Source of the DNA: an uncultured Verrucomicrobiae bacterium
GTDB taxonomy: Bacteria; Verrucomicrobiota; Verrucomicrobiia; Chthoniobacterales; UBA10450
Direction of reading: 5' to 3'
NCBI GenBank assembly: GCA_963801815.1
Contig: CAWDGJ010000003.1
Span: 96,001-160,000 of the forward strand
DNA: 64,000 nt
Part shown: positions 47,967 to 57,094 of the stretch, piece after piece
How the letters are laid out: each line of letters begins with the position of its first letter
How positions within the stretch are numbered: position 1 is the first letter of the stretch
Translations under genes and position numbers: made by a program
Notes under the pieces: model-generated
What the model saw: only the letters and a program-made list of their open reading frames with translations
What the model was told of the DNA's origin: nothing
Databases searched by the model: none

Positions 47967-49685
47967 ATGAGAAGCAAATCTTTCGCCGAACGGATCGCGG
48001 ACGTGTTGATCGAGGAAGGCCTCCTTCTTCCGAACCAACTCGAGGAAGCCACAGGCATCCAAAAATCCGAAGGTGGCAGGTTACTCAAGATTTTGACGGA
48101 CCGGCAATTCGTGACCGAGCAGGACATGGTGTTCAGCATCGGGCGTTGCCTGAACACGCCACCGGTGAACCTGTCACGACTGCGCGTTCCCGAAGATGTG
48201 ATGTCAATCGTGCCGCGCGAAATGGCCAAAGCAAACAAGCTCGTACCGATCGCGCGCCTGGACGGGAAACTTTTCGTGGCGATGGCAGACCCGACGAATG
48301 TGCTCGCTGTCGACGATCTGAAGCGACGCGTGCAGCTCGAAATCGTTCCGATGATCGCGACCGAGCGCTCGGTGCTCGACACGCTCGCCGGCGTCCATGG
48401 CCCGGGCAACATGAGCCAGGTATTGCGTCAGGTTTCAGAAGAAGCGACGCAAGGTGCCGAATCAGTGGAAGTCCAGAGTGCGAAACGCGAAGAGATCGAT
48501 CTCGATCGGCTCGCACATGACAGCGAGGACGCGCCGGTCATTAAGATCGTCAACTTGATTCTCGCGCAAGCCGTCAAAGAGAAGGCGTCGGACATTCACA
48601 TTGAGCCATTTCAAAACACGCTCAAGTTGCGCTACCGGATCGATGGCGAACTGATTCCGGCGGAGTCGCCGCCGAAAGCGTTGCAGCTCGCGATCACCTC
48701 GCGCATCAAGATTCTGGCGGGACTGAACATCGCCGAACGGCGCATTCCCCAGGATGGCCGCTTCCGCATTCGCGTTCTCGGCAAAGAGATCGACTTGCGT
48801 ATTTCGATTCTGCCCACGGCTCACGGGGAAAAGATTGTCATTCGTATTCTCGATAAGAGTGCGCTGAGCGGAAGCATCGACCAAATGGGAATGGACGCCG
48901 ACACCCTGGCCAAGTTCAAGAAGGCAATCGATGCGCCGCACGGTATGATTTTGGTCACCGGCCCTACCGGCTCGGGTAAAACCACGACGCTGTATTCGGT
49001 CCTGCACGAGTTAAACAGCCCCCAATACAACATCGTTACCGTCGAAGACCCGATCGAGTACGAGTTGGCGGGAATCAATCAGGTGGCGGTCCGTTCGGAC
49101 ATAGGCCTCGATTTCGCGTCGGCGTTGCGTTCGATCCTGCGTCAGGACCCGGACATCGTGATGGTTGGTGAAATTCGCGACAACGAAACCGCAGACATTG
49201 CGGTCAAAGCGGCTTTGACGGGTCACCAGGTGCTAAGCACGCTGCACACAAACGACGCCGCCGGCGCGATCACCCGGCTGGACGATATGGGCATCGAACC
49301 GTTTTTGATTTCGAGCTCGATCCTGATGACGTGTGCGCAACGGCTGGTGCGCCGGACCTGCACGAATTGCAAAGAGCCATTCGTTCCTGAAGCAGAGATC
49401 CTTCAAAAACTCAACCTGTCTGAAAACAAGGAAGCAGCCTTCTATCACGGCACGGGCTGCGATCGTTGCAAAGGCCGCGGTTATCTCGGACGTGCGGCGT
49501 TGATCGAGGCGCTTCCGGTCAGCGAAGCCATCCGTCGGCTGATTATCAAGCGCGCTTCGGCGGCAGTGATCAAGAACCAGGCCATCACCGAAGGGATGAA
49601 AACTTTGCGCGGGATTGGAATCGAGAAGGCGCTCGAAGGCGTGACTACGCTTGAAGAGATTTGGCGAGTAACAGCGGAGGACTGA
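47967..49685 (+). CDS. pilB: Type IV pilus assembly ATPase PilB (GspE/PulE family)
   Basis: ASDIHIEP, PQDGR, GPTGSGKTT, TVEDPIEY, RQDPD..MVGEIRD, TGH..LSTLHTN and CxxC..CxxC. Confidence 0.93.
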   Translation: MRSKSFAERIADVLIEEGLLLPNQLEEATGIQKSEGGRLLKILTDRQFVTEQDMVFSIGRCLNTPPVNLSRLRVPEDVMSIVPREMAKANKLVPIARLDGKLFVAMADPTNVLAVDDLKRRVQLEIVPMIATERSVLDTLAGVHGPGNMSQVLRQVSEEATQGAESVEVQSAKREEIDLDRLAHDSEDAPVIKIVNLILAQAVKEKASDIHIEPFQNTLKLRYRIDGELIPAESPPKALQLAITSRIKILAGLNIAERRIPQDGRFRIRVLGKEIDLRISILPTAHGEKIVIRILDKSALSGSIDQMGMDADTLAKFKKAIDAPHGMILVTGPTGSGKTTTLYSVLHELNSPQYNIVTVEDPIEYELAGINQVAVRSDIGLDFASALRSILRQDPDIVMVGEIRDNETADIAVKAALTGHQVLSTLHTNDAAGAITRLDDMGIEPFLISSSILMTCAQRLVRRTCTNCKEPFVPEAEILQKLNLSENKEAAFYHGTGCDRCKGRGYLGRAALIEALPVSEAIRRLIIKRASAAVIKNQAITEGMKTLRGIGIEKALEGVTTLEEIWRVTAED

Positions 49686-49689
49686 CGCA

Positions 49690-51864
49690 ATGACAATTCC
49701 ATTTCTCGATCTTTTCAAAAAACTAACCGGTCGCTCAACGGCGCGGGCAGCCACAGCGTCGCCGGCCTCTGTGGTGATTCGTCCAAAAAAACCGGACAGC
49801 GAGCGGTTGAGCAAGACCGTGCTCCCAAATGCGGCGCGTTCGTTTTCGAATCCGGACCCGTTTCGTTCGGCGGCCGTGACCGCGTCGGGTTCGCGAAGTA
49901 ACGTGCCATTGGAAATTAGCGCGACTAAAATTACTACTTCGGCAACTCGATCGCGCTCGACTCAATTACCACCGGCGCTGGCCCGTGCGCTGGAACCAAA
50001 ATTGGAGCGCACGATTTCGTTTAAGGTGGCAGATCTAATTGACGCCGTGCCGGCGGGTTTTATTAAGCCGGTGGAAATACTCGACGTGAACGCGGTCGTT
50101 TCGCTGAAAGCGTCGGAAATAGAGAAGGGGATGCCGGACAAGCAGCCGATGATTTCCCTGCCGAGCCTTTACCAACAGGCCCCTGAAATTTTCTTGCGCA
50201 CGGTGCGACCAGATGATGACACACGGGTGGCTCTGCCTTACGAAAAGGTTCTGGAGCAATTCCAAAGCGCGCAGGTGCGTTCCGACCAAATCCGCGATCC
50301 AGCGGTCCCTCAACTTAAGACGCCAATTCTCACGGCCACGCTCCGGGATTCAGAGCGGTTTGGAACGAAGATCGAGCCGATCGAAACATCCGTGCTGCCG
50401 ACGGTTCCGGTGAAACAAGCGTCGGCAGAATCGATTGCCGAGGCCGAACCGGATGCCACTCCGGTGCAGTCTCAAACTCCGACGAAAACGCCAGCTTCTG
50501 GCCGTCGCGTGATTTCGCTTCATTCACCGGAGCTAGAACCGAAGAGCAAGGCTCCCGAGCCGCCTCTGAGCGGAACGGAGTTTAAGATTCCCTTTGAACT
50601 TTCGCCGAATGGAACGGGTGCGTTCGCTCCCGAGAGAGTTCCAGCCTCTAGCGGGCCGCCCGTTCCAACTCCTTTACCGTTCACGCCAGAGCTGTCGAAA
50701 ATCTCGCTCAGACTCGCGGCCGACGAACCCACAGTTCCCACGCCTTCGGCAAAAAGCGCAGTCGGGGAAACTGCACCGTCACCGGCAAAGACGCCGGTCA
50801 AAAAAACTGGAACACCGCCACCGACAACGAAATTGAAGGTGGAAGAGGTGGCGCCGCCAGCTGCTTTGGCGAAACCGGCAGTGGAACCATCGGTAGCGCC
50901 GAAATCGCAACCGAAAGAAATTGCAACGCAGACGGCGAAAACCACGGCTCACGACCCTGCAAAACCGTTGCCCGCAAAGCCAACCGCCCGAGTCTCCACA
51001 CCCACGCAACCCTTGGTTCCGCAACCGAAAGCGGAGGTTTCGCTTTCACTCAAAGTGGTCTTGCAAAATCTACCGGCTTTCCAGTTGAACGGAGATGTGG
51101 GCGCCGTTTCGGGCGAAGTGCGAATCGCATTTCCTCTGGCTTTAATTGAGCCGCAACTGGCGAGCGGGCGCGTTTCAATCGCGCCAGATCTTTTTCAAGC
51201 GGCGCTGCCGGCGGAACATCGAGCTTTGTTTCAGATTGATGTGCACAAGACATCGGTGGCGTTGCCACTGGAAGAGGTGCTGAAAAATCTTCCCGCGACC
51301 GTCTTAAAACTTCGCGACGATCAGGAACAGCCCACGCTCAACAAAGATTTTGAGACGCCATTCCTGGCCAAAGCGCAGGAAGATGCTCGACGTTTCAGTC
51401 CAACGCCTGACGCGGCCGTAGACGTCCCCAAAAAGCCCGAGAAAAAATCGCCTGCCGAACCAGTCGAAGCGAAGTCGCCGGCCGATAAAATCGATCCGAA
51501 AAAGATCGTTTCTCAGGCGAACGCGCTCCCGGGTGTAAAGGCATGCGCGATCACGTTTTCAGACGGATTGACTTTCGCCGGAGAGTTGCCCGAGGAAGTC
51601 AAAGCAGACGGTTTGTGTGCGATGGCGCCCTCGCTGCTACAACGGATCACTCAGCACGTGCGCGAGACGAAGCTCGGCCAACTCGTGGCCATGACGTTGT
51701 ATACAAGCGATTCGGCGGTCAGCTTTTTTGCGCGCGGCGACGTTTGCCTGACTGCGTTGCACGATACCTCGCTTGCTCCCGAGACACGCACGCATCTGGC
51801 CGAATTCGTCGAAAAGCTTTCCAAGACCTACGCACAACCGGAGAAGTCGAATGTCGATCATTAA
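49690..51864 (+). CDS. 724-aa protein: two copies of an unnamed domain, a Pro-rich linker and a C-terminal roadblock/LC7-like domain
   Basis: C-terminal LPGVKACAITFSDGL..AG..; repeats ending VALPYEKVLEQF and VALPLEEVLKNL. Confidence 0.75.
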   Translation: MTIPFLDLFKKLTGRSTARAATASPASVVIRPKKPDSERLSKTVLPNAARSFSNPDPFRSAAVTASGSRSNVPLEISATKITTSATRSRSTQLPPALARALEPKLERTISFKVADLIDAVPAGFIKPVEILDVNAVVSLKASEIEKGMPDKQPMISLPSLYQQAPEIFLRTVRPDDDTRVALPYEKVLEQFQSAQVRSDQIRDPAVPQLKTPILTATLRDSERFGTKIEPIETSVLPTVPVKQASAESIAEAEPDATPVQSQTPTKTPASGRRVISLHSPELEPKSKAPEPPLSGTEFKIPFELSPNGTGAFAPERVPASSGPPVPTPLPFTPELSKISLRLAADEPTVPTPSAKSAVGETAPSPAKTPVKKTGTPPPTTKLKVEEVAPPAALAKPAVEPSVAPKSQPKEIATQTAKTTAHDPAKPLPAKPTARVSTPTQPLVPQPKAEVSLSLKVVLQNLPAFQLNGDVGAVSGEVRIAFPLALIEPQLASGRVSIAPDLFQAALPAEHRALFQIDVHKTSVALPLEEVLKNLPATVLKLRDDQEQPTLNKDFETPFLAKAQEDARRFSPTPDAAVDVPKKPEKKSPAEPVEAKSPADKIDPKKIVSQANALPGVKACAITFSDGLTFAGELPEEVKADGLCAMAPSLLQRITQHVRETKLGQLVAMTLYTSDSAVSFFARGDVCLTALHDTSLAPETRTHLAEFVEKLSKTYAQPEKSNVDH

Positions 51865-52519
51865 CTACGCCAGCCGCGAGATTCAGTTCAAAATTGTCTA
51901 CTACGGACCGGCTTTGTGCGGGAAGACAACGAATCTTAATTACATACATCAGCGGATCAATCCGCTGAATCGCGGGGACCTCGTTTCACTGGCGACTGCG
52001 ACCGAACGCACACTGTTTTTCGATTTTTTGCCGCTCAACGCGGTGGTAATCAAAGGCTTTGTCACCAAGTTTCAACTGTACACCGTTCCCGGTCAGGTGA
52101 TTTACAATGCGACCCGTCAGCTTGTCTTGCGCAGTGTCGACGGGATTGTATTCGTCGCAGACTCCCAGTGGGAAAAAATGGAGGAGAATGTCGAGAGCTG
52201 GAAAAACCTCTGCGACAATCTTCAGCTGCAGAACATGAACATTGACGACACGCCGTGCGTCGTGGAGTACAACAAACGCGACCTGCCGAACATCGCTCCA
52301 GTCAATTACATGGAATATGTATTGAACAATCGGAAGAAACGGCTGCAAAGCTACGAGGTTATTTCCAGCACAGGTCAGAACGTGTTTGCGACGCTGAACG
52401 CTGTCTCACAGATTCTGCTGCATAAGTTCAGTAAACAAAGTGAGGCGCCGCAGGGCGCGCCGTTGCCGGTGGCAATTCCGGTTGAACCGCCCTCACGAAC
52501 GCAAAGGCTTCCCGCGTGA
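51851..52519 (+). CDS. mglA: MglA-family small Ras-like GTPase
   Basis: MSIINYASREIQFKIVYYGPALCGKTTNL, ERTLFFDFLP, YTVPGQV, FVADSQ and NKRDLP. Confidence 0.94.
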   Translation: MSIINYASREIQFKIVYYGPALCGKTTNLNYIHQRINPLNRGDLVSLATATERTLFFDFLPLNAVVIKGFVTKFQLYTVPGQVIYNATRQLVLRSVDGIVFVADSQWEKMEENVESWKNLCDNLQLQNMNIDDTPCVVEYNKRDLPNIAPVNYMEYVLNNRKKRLQSYEVISSTGQNVFATLNAVSQILLHKFSKQSEAPQGAPLPVAIPVEPPSRTQRLPA

Positions 52520-52986
52520 ATACGATTCCCGTACTAACCATCCAGGACGTCGCTACGCTCGACGGCGTGCTCAGCGATTTTTTGAAAAAGACCGAGGCCG
52601 AGTTAACCGTTGTGATCGATCGCGGCGGTAACGTGATTTCGCAATACGGCGACATGAATGTGATGGACGTGACCGTGATTGCCGCGCTTGCGGCCGGTTC
52701 GTTTGCAGCCACGCGCGAGCTCGCCCGGCGCATCGGCGAAGTGGAGTTCAACGCGCTTTACCATCAAGGTAACGGGAACCACATGTTCATGAATTCGGTT
52801 GATGATGAGACCATCATGATCACAGTGTTTGGGTCGCGAACCACAGTCGGGTTAGTTCGGTTCTATTCCGCCGCTACTGCGCAGAACGTGGCGGCGGTAT
52901 TGAAGTCGCTTCGCAGCAATGCCCACGGATTTTCCTTCGACTCGACGGACATTTCCGCGCAGCCGCTGTTTGTTGATAATTCTTAG
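52516..52986 (+). CDS. mglB: MglB roadblock/LC7 protein (putative GAP of MglA)
   Basis: IDRGG, AALAAGSFAATRELA..GE.EF..LYHQG and TTVGLVR; GTGA overlap with mglA. Confidence 0.9.
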   Translation: MNTIPVLTIQDVATLDGVLSDFLKKTEAELTVVIDRGGNVISQYGDMNVMDVTVIAALAAGSFAATRELARRIGEVEFNALYHQGNGNHMFMNSVDDETIMITVFGSRTTVGLVRFYSAATAQNVAAVLKSLRSNAHGFSFDSTDISAQPLFVDNS

Positions 52987-53089
52987 AGTCGGCCACGACG
53001 ATTGCAGTTTTCCTCTTCCGCCCCCTCTTAATCTGTAGCCTTCGGCTATCCAGATAGAGTTCAGGCGGGGACCGCAGCGGAGACCGACA

Positions 53090-53121
53090 AACAGAAAGGG
53101 ACGGACCTTTCGGTCCGCCCC
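53090..53121 (-). terminator. Intrinsic terminator downstream of pilC
   Basis: Minus strand reads GGGGCGGACC-GAAA-GGTCCGTCCC followed by TTTCTGTTT. Confidence 0.7.
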
Positions 53122-53162
53122 CTCCCTGCCTACGAGCTTCTCCTAGCTCTTTTTTTGGGAAA

Positions 53163-54392
53163 TCAATGCGCGGATTGGCTTTGTGAAACTACTTCGTTGA
53201 GTTTGAAGATAGGCAGGAACATCGCGATCACGATGCCGCCGACGATCACGCCCAGGAAGACGATAAGCATTGGCTCGATGAGCGATGTCAGGGCGTCGAG
53301 CATCGCTTCGATTTCCTCGTCCCAGAAATCGGCCATTTTCTCAAGCATGTTGTCGATCTTGCCCGTGGCTTCGCCGGCCGCGACCATGCGCAGAATCATC
53401 GGCGGGAAAATTGCTTTCTTGGACATAGCGACCGAAAGGTTGTCCCCTTTTTCCACGTCTGCGCCAACGGACTTGATGTCTTTCTCGATCACATCGTTAC
53501 CGGAGGAACCGCCGACGATGTCGATCACTTCAAGAATCGGAACACCGCTGCGAATAAGCTGCGCGAATGTGCGGGCAAAACGAGACATTGCGATCTTGTG
53601 AATGAGCGGGCCGAATACCGGCAGTTTTAATTTCCACCGATCCCATAGTTGCTTGCCGCGCGTTGAGCGAAGAAAAGTGCGAACTCCGAAAATCATCGAC
53701 GCAATTCCCACCATCAGGAAGTACCATTCGCCGCGAACGAAATCGCTGACGTCGATCAGGAACTGGGTAGGCGCGGGAAGTTTGGCGCCGAAATCCTTGA
53801 AGATTTCGCCAAAGATCGGAACAACACGGACGATGAGGAAGGTAGTGATGAGTAGCGCAATGCAGATAACAATGACCGGGTAGGTCATGGCCGACTTGAC
53901 TTTCTTGCGCAAGCGGGCGCTCGCTTCGAGAAATCCGGCCAGACGGTCCAGAATTTCGGCGAGAAGACCGCCGGTCTCACCGGCTTTGACCATGCTCACG
54001 AAAAGGCGGTTGAAAACGCGCGGATGCTTGGCAATGGATTCGTGGAAGGTCTCGCCGCCTTGGACACGAGTGGTCACATCGCTGATCACGTTTCGGAGGT
54101 TCCGTTGACGCTTCGGATCGGATTGATCGTAAAGCGCGGTCAATGCTTGGACGAGCGAGATGCCAGCCTCGATCATCGTCGCGAGCTGGCGGGTGAAGAG
54201 AACGATGTCGGTCTCTTTGACCGTCCAGGTTTTCTTCTTGGTTTTGCTGGCGCCGGCTTTTTGCTGGAGTGACAGCACCATGAGCCCGCGACTCATCAGA
54301 CTGGTGACAGCATTATCTTCGTTAAGGGCGTCTTGAATTCCGGAGACGATACGCCCGGAGGCATCTCTGGCTTGGTAGGCGAAGGTGATCAT
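53163..54392 (-). CDS. pilC: Type IV pilus / T2SS platform protein PilC (GspF family)
   Basis: FTRQLATMIEAG, AGETGG.L, SAMTYP, GEATG and LIEP..I..LG. Confidence 0.93.
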   Translation of the reverse strand: MITFAYQARDASGRIVSGIQDALNEDNAVTSLMSRGLMVLSLQQKAGASKTKKKTWTVKETDIVLFTRQLATMIEAGISLVQALTALYDQSDPKRQRNLRNVISDVTTRVQGGETFHESIAKHPRVFNRLFVSMVKAGETGGLLAEILDRLAGFLEASARLRKKVKSAMTYPVIVICIALLITTFLIVRVVPIFGEIFKDFGAKLPAPTQFLIDVSDFVRGEWYFLMVGIASMIFGVRTFLRSTRGKQLWDRWKLKLPVFGPLIHKIAMSRFARTFAQLIRSGVPILEVIDIVGGSSGNDVIEKDIKSVGADVEKGDNLSVAMSKKAIFPPMILRMVAAGEATGKIDNMLEKMADFWDEEIEAMLDALTSLIEPMLIVFLGVIVGGIVIAMFLPIFKLNEVVSQSQSAH

Positions 54393-54496
54393 TTGTTAGA
54401 ATTACCATAACCACTGAAGCAGCTAGGATGCCACGCCTTGCCTATCCCCCAGGTCTCAGCCACTTTACCCCTCTCAGAAGATCTTTATTACCCACG

Positions 54497-55378
54497 ATGA
54501 CTGCGCCAAACCGACATCTTTCAGGCGAAGCGACGTCGCTAAACGCGACCGAGCGCTTCCTTCGGTTGATTCGTTTTTCGCATACGATTTTCGCACTGCC
54601 TTTCGCGCTTGGCGCCCTTGTCGTGGCGGCAAACGGGATGCCGTCGCTGCGGACCTTGGTTCTGGTACTTGTCTGCATGGTTTGCGCGCGGACCGCTGCC
54701 ATGCTTTTCAACCGCTGGGTCGATTGGTCGTTGGATCAACGCAATCCACGCACGGCGTCGCGGCATTTGCTTTTGACAAGATCCACCATTGCCCTATTGC
54801 TCGTCGTCAGTTCGCTCACGTTTCTAGTCGCGGCCGCTGCCATTAACCGGCTCACGTTTTTGTTGTCGCCGGTGGCGCTTGGCATCGTTTTCTTCTACTC
54901 GTTGACGAAGCGTTTCACGTCCTCGACCCATTTTTTTCTCGGGGCTGCGCTGGCAATCTCACCACTCGGCGCATGGATCGCGCAACGCGGTGATATCGAT
55001 CTTCCGCCGTTTGTGTTAGCCGCGGGAATTGTTTGCTGGGTGGCCGGATTCGACCTCATCTATGCGATTCAGGATTTTGACTTCGACAAACGAGAGGGAA
55101 TTCAGTCCCTGGTCGTCAGGCTGGGAGTTCCACGTAGTCTAAGGCTCGCGCAATTACTTCATCTAGGGCTGTTCTTTGCGTTGATTGCCTTCGGCCTGGT
55201 CGCGCGGCTCGGCGTCATCTACTTTTGCGCCATCCCGCTTGTTGCGGCGGCTTTATTTTTTGAGCACCGCAGCGCTCGCTCGCTCGACGTTATCGGAATC
55301 AACCGCGCATTTTTTCAGAGTAACGCGTTTGTCAGTGCCCTTTTCTTGGTGAGCGTCTGTGTGGATCGGTTCGTTTGA
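54497..55378 (+). CDS. UbiA-like polyprenyltransferase (MqnP/UbiA-other type)
   Basis: RFSHTIFALPFA, ARTAAM.FNR..D...D..NPRT..R, YS.TKRF and GFDLIYA.QD..FD. Confidence 0.88.
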   Translation: MTAPNRHLSGEATSLNATERFLRLIRFSHTIFALPFALGALVVAANGMPSLRTLVLVLVCMVCARTAAMLFNRWVDWSLDQRNPRTASRHLLLTRSTIALLLVVSSLTFLVAAAAINRLTFLLSPVALGIVFFYSLTKRFTSSTHFFLGAALAISPLGAWIAQRGDIDLPPFVLAAGIVCWVAGFDLIYAIQDFDFDKREGIQSLVVRLGVPRSLRLAQLLHLGLFFALIAFGLVARLGVIYFCAIPLVAAALFFEHRSARSLDVIGINRAFFQSNAFVSALFLVSVCVDRFV

Positions 55379-55394
55379 AATCCGAACCAGCTGG

Positions 55395-55826
55395 TTACAT
55401 CGCGTTTAATTGCGCAACCCTTCTCGCATGACGGCCGCCTTCGAATGGCGTTTCCAGCCAAATTCGCACGATCTTAAGTGCCATATCCTCGGCGATCACG
55501 CGCTGTCCGAGTGAAAGGACGTTCGCATCGTTGTGCTGACGCGAGAGCCGCGCGACTTCTTCGTTCCAGCAAAGGGCGCACCGGACGCCGTGAACTTTGT
55601 TCGCCGTCATCGCTTCGCCGTTGCCCGATCCGCCAAATACAATGCCACGTTCGCATTCAGCTCGCGCGACTGCTTCAGCGGCCGGTCTGATGAACAGCGG
55701 ATAATCGACTGGGTCCTCGTTGAAGGTTCCGAAATCCTTGACTTCGTGGCCGAGCGAACTGAGAAGCTCCTTCACCTTTTCCTTGTAGCGAAAGCCGGCG
55801 TGATCTGTGCCGAGCGCAATTTTCAT
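55395..55826 (-). CDS. rpiB: Ribose-5-phosphate isomerase B
   Basis: GTDHAG, DYP, GGSGNGE, RQHNDAN and FEGGRH. Confidence 0.94.
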   Translation of the reverse strand: MKIALGTDHAGFRYKEKVKELLSSLGHEVKDFGTFNEDPVDYPLFIRPAAEAVARAECERGIVFGGSGNGEAMTANKVHGVRCALCWNEEVARLSRQHNDANVLSLGQRVIAEDMALKIVRIWLETPFEGGRHARRVAQLNAM

Positions 55827-55877
55827 GGTTGTTTGGTAGACCGACGGGCGTGGTTTTGTCGAGATAACATGTCGATA

Positions 55878-56831
55878 TCAGCCGCTGTGCAGCTTCGCCA
55901 ACTGGTTCCAGATTTCCCGCTCGCGTTCCGATATTTTTTTTGAGATCTGAATCTGAGCGACAACATAAAGGTTGCCGCGTTTTCCCGACATTCCCGGCAG
56001 TCCGCGTTCGCGCAGGCGAAATCGCTGACCGCCTTCCGTGCCGGAAGGGATCTTGAGACGGACCTTCCCTTCCAATGTTGGCACTTGCAATTCGCTTCCA
56101 AGCACCGCCTGCCATGGGGCGATTTTCACTTCGTGAATCAAGTCGCTGCCTTCGACCGTAAAATCGGGATGTTTCGCAAGGCGAACGCGGAGAAAGAGGT
56201 CGCCACTCTTGCCACCACGGGCGCCAGCTTCGCCCTGCCCGGCAAGTCGAATACGCTGTCCTTCGTGAACTCCGCGCGGAATCTTGACCTGATACTTTTC
56301 GACCTTGTTCGAGCCGGCGCGCCGCAGCGAAACCGTTCTGGTCGAGCCGCGTGACGCTTCCTCGAGCGTAACGAGAATGTCGGCTTCGACGTCCGCTCCG
56401 CGTTCCGCCGTCGCTTCACGTCCACCGAATCCGCCGAACGCCGATCGTCCCCGTCCGCCGCCGAAAAACGCTTCGAAAAAATCGCTGAATCCGGTCCCGC
56501 CAAATTCAAATTCAACTCCGCGCCGGCCATCGCCACCCCACTGATGGAATCCTCCGCCGGGTTGACCGCTCCATTGTGGCGGCGGCTGAAAACCACCTGG
56601 TTGGTTCCAATTCGCGCCAAGCTGATCGTATTTCTGTCGCTTCTCCGGGTCGCCCAGGACTTCGTAGGCTTCGTTGATTTGCTTGAACTTTTCTTCAGCC
56701 GCTTTTTTATCCTTTGCAACGTCGGGATGATATTTGCGCGCGAGCTTCCGAAACGCGCTCTTGATTTCATCATCAGTCGCGGTTTTCGAAACGCCAAGCG
56801 TTTCATAATAATCTCTGAATTGAACTGCCAT
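55878..56831 (-). CDS. cbpA: Class B J-domain chaperone (CbpA-like)
   Basis: DYY..LGV, YHPD, G/F-rich linker, C-terminal domain, no zinc finger. Confidence 0.9.
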   Translation of the reverse strand: MAVQFRDYYETLGVSKTATDDEIKSAFRKLARKYHPDVAKDKKAAEEKFKQINEAYEVLGDPEKRQKYDQLGANWNQPGGFQPPPQWSGQPGGGFHQWGGDGRRGVEFEFGGTGFSDFFEAFFGGGRGRSAFGGFGGREATAERGADVEADILVTLEEASRGSTRTVSLRRAGSNKVEKYQVKIPRGVHEGQRIRLAGQGEAGARGGKSGDLFLRVRLAKHPDFTVEGSDLIHEVKIAPWQAVLGSELQVPTLEGKVRLKIPSGTEGGQRFRLRERGLPGMSGKRGNLYVVAQIQISKKISEREREIWNQLAKLHSG

Positions 56832-56881
56832 TGCAGTCTGAACCTTGTGCCGCCGGTCAGTTCGCGCAACCTTGTCTAATC

Positions 56882-57094
56882 ATGCACGACATCGGTAAAT
56901 TTCTGGTGATCATCGGCGTGGTTGTGGCGGTGCTCGGGTTCATTTTATGGAGCGGATGGGCGCCGAAATGGCTCGGGCGCTTGCCAGGTGACATTCGGAT
57001 CGAACGTGAACACGGCGCGTTTTATTTTCCAGTCGTTACGTGCTTCATCATTAGTATCGTATTGAGTTTGCTCTTGTCGATCTTTCGGCGCTGA
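56882..57094 (+). CDS. DUF2905 small membrane protein
   Basis: LGRLPGDI.I......FYFP. Confidence 0.85.
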   Translation: MHDIGKFLVIIGVVVAVLGFILWSGWAPKWLGRLPGDIRIEREHGAFYFPVVTCFIISIVLSLLLSIFRR

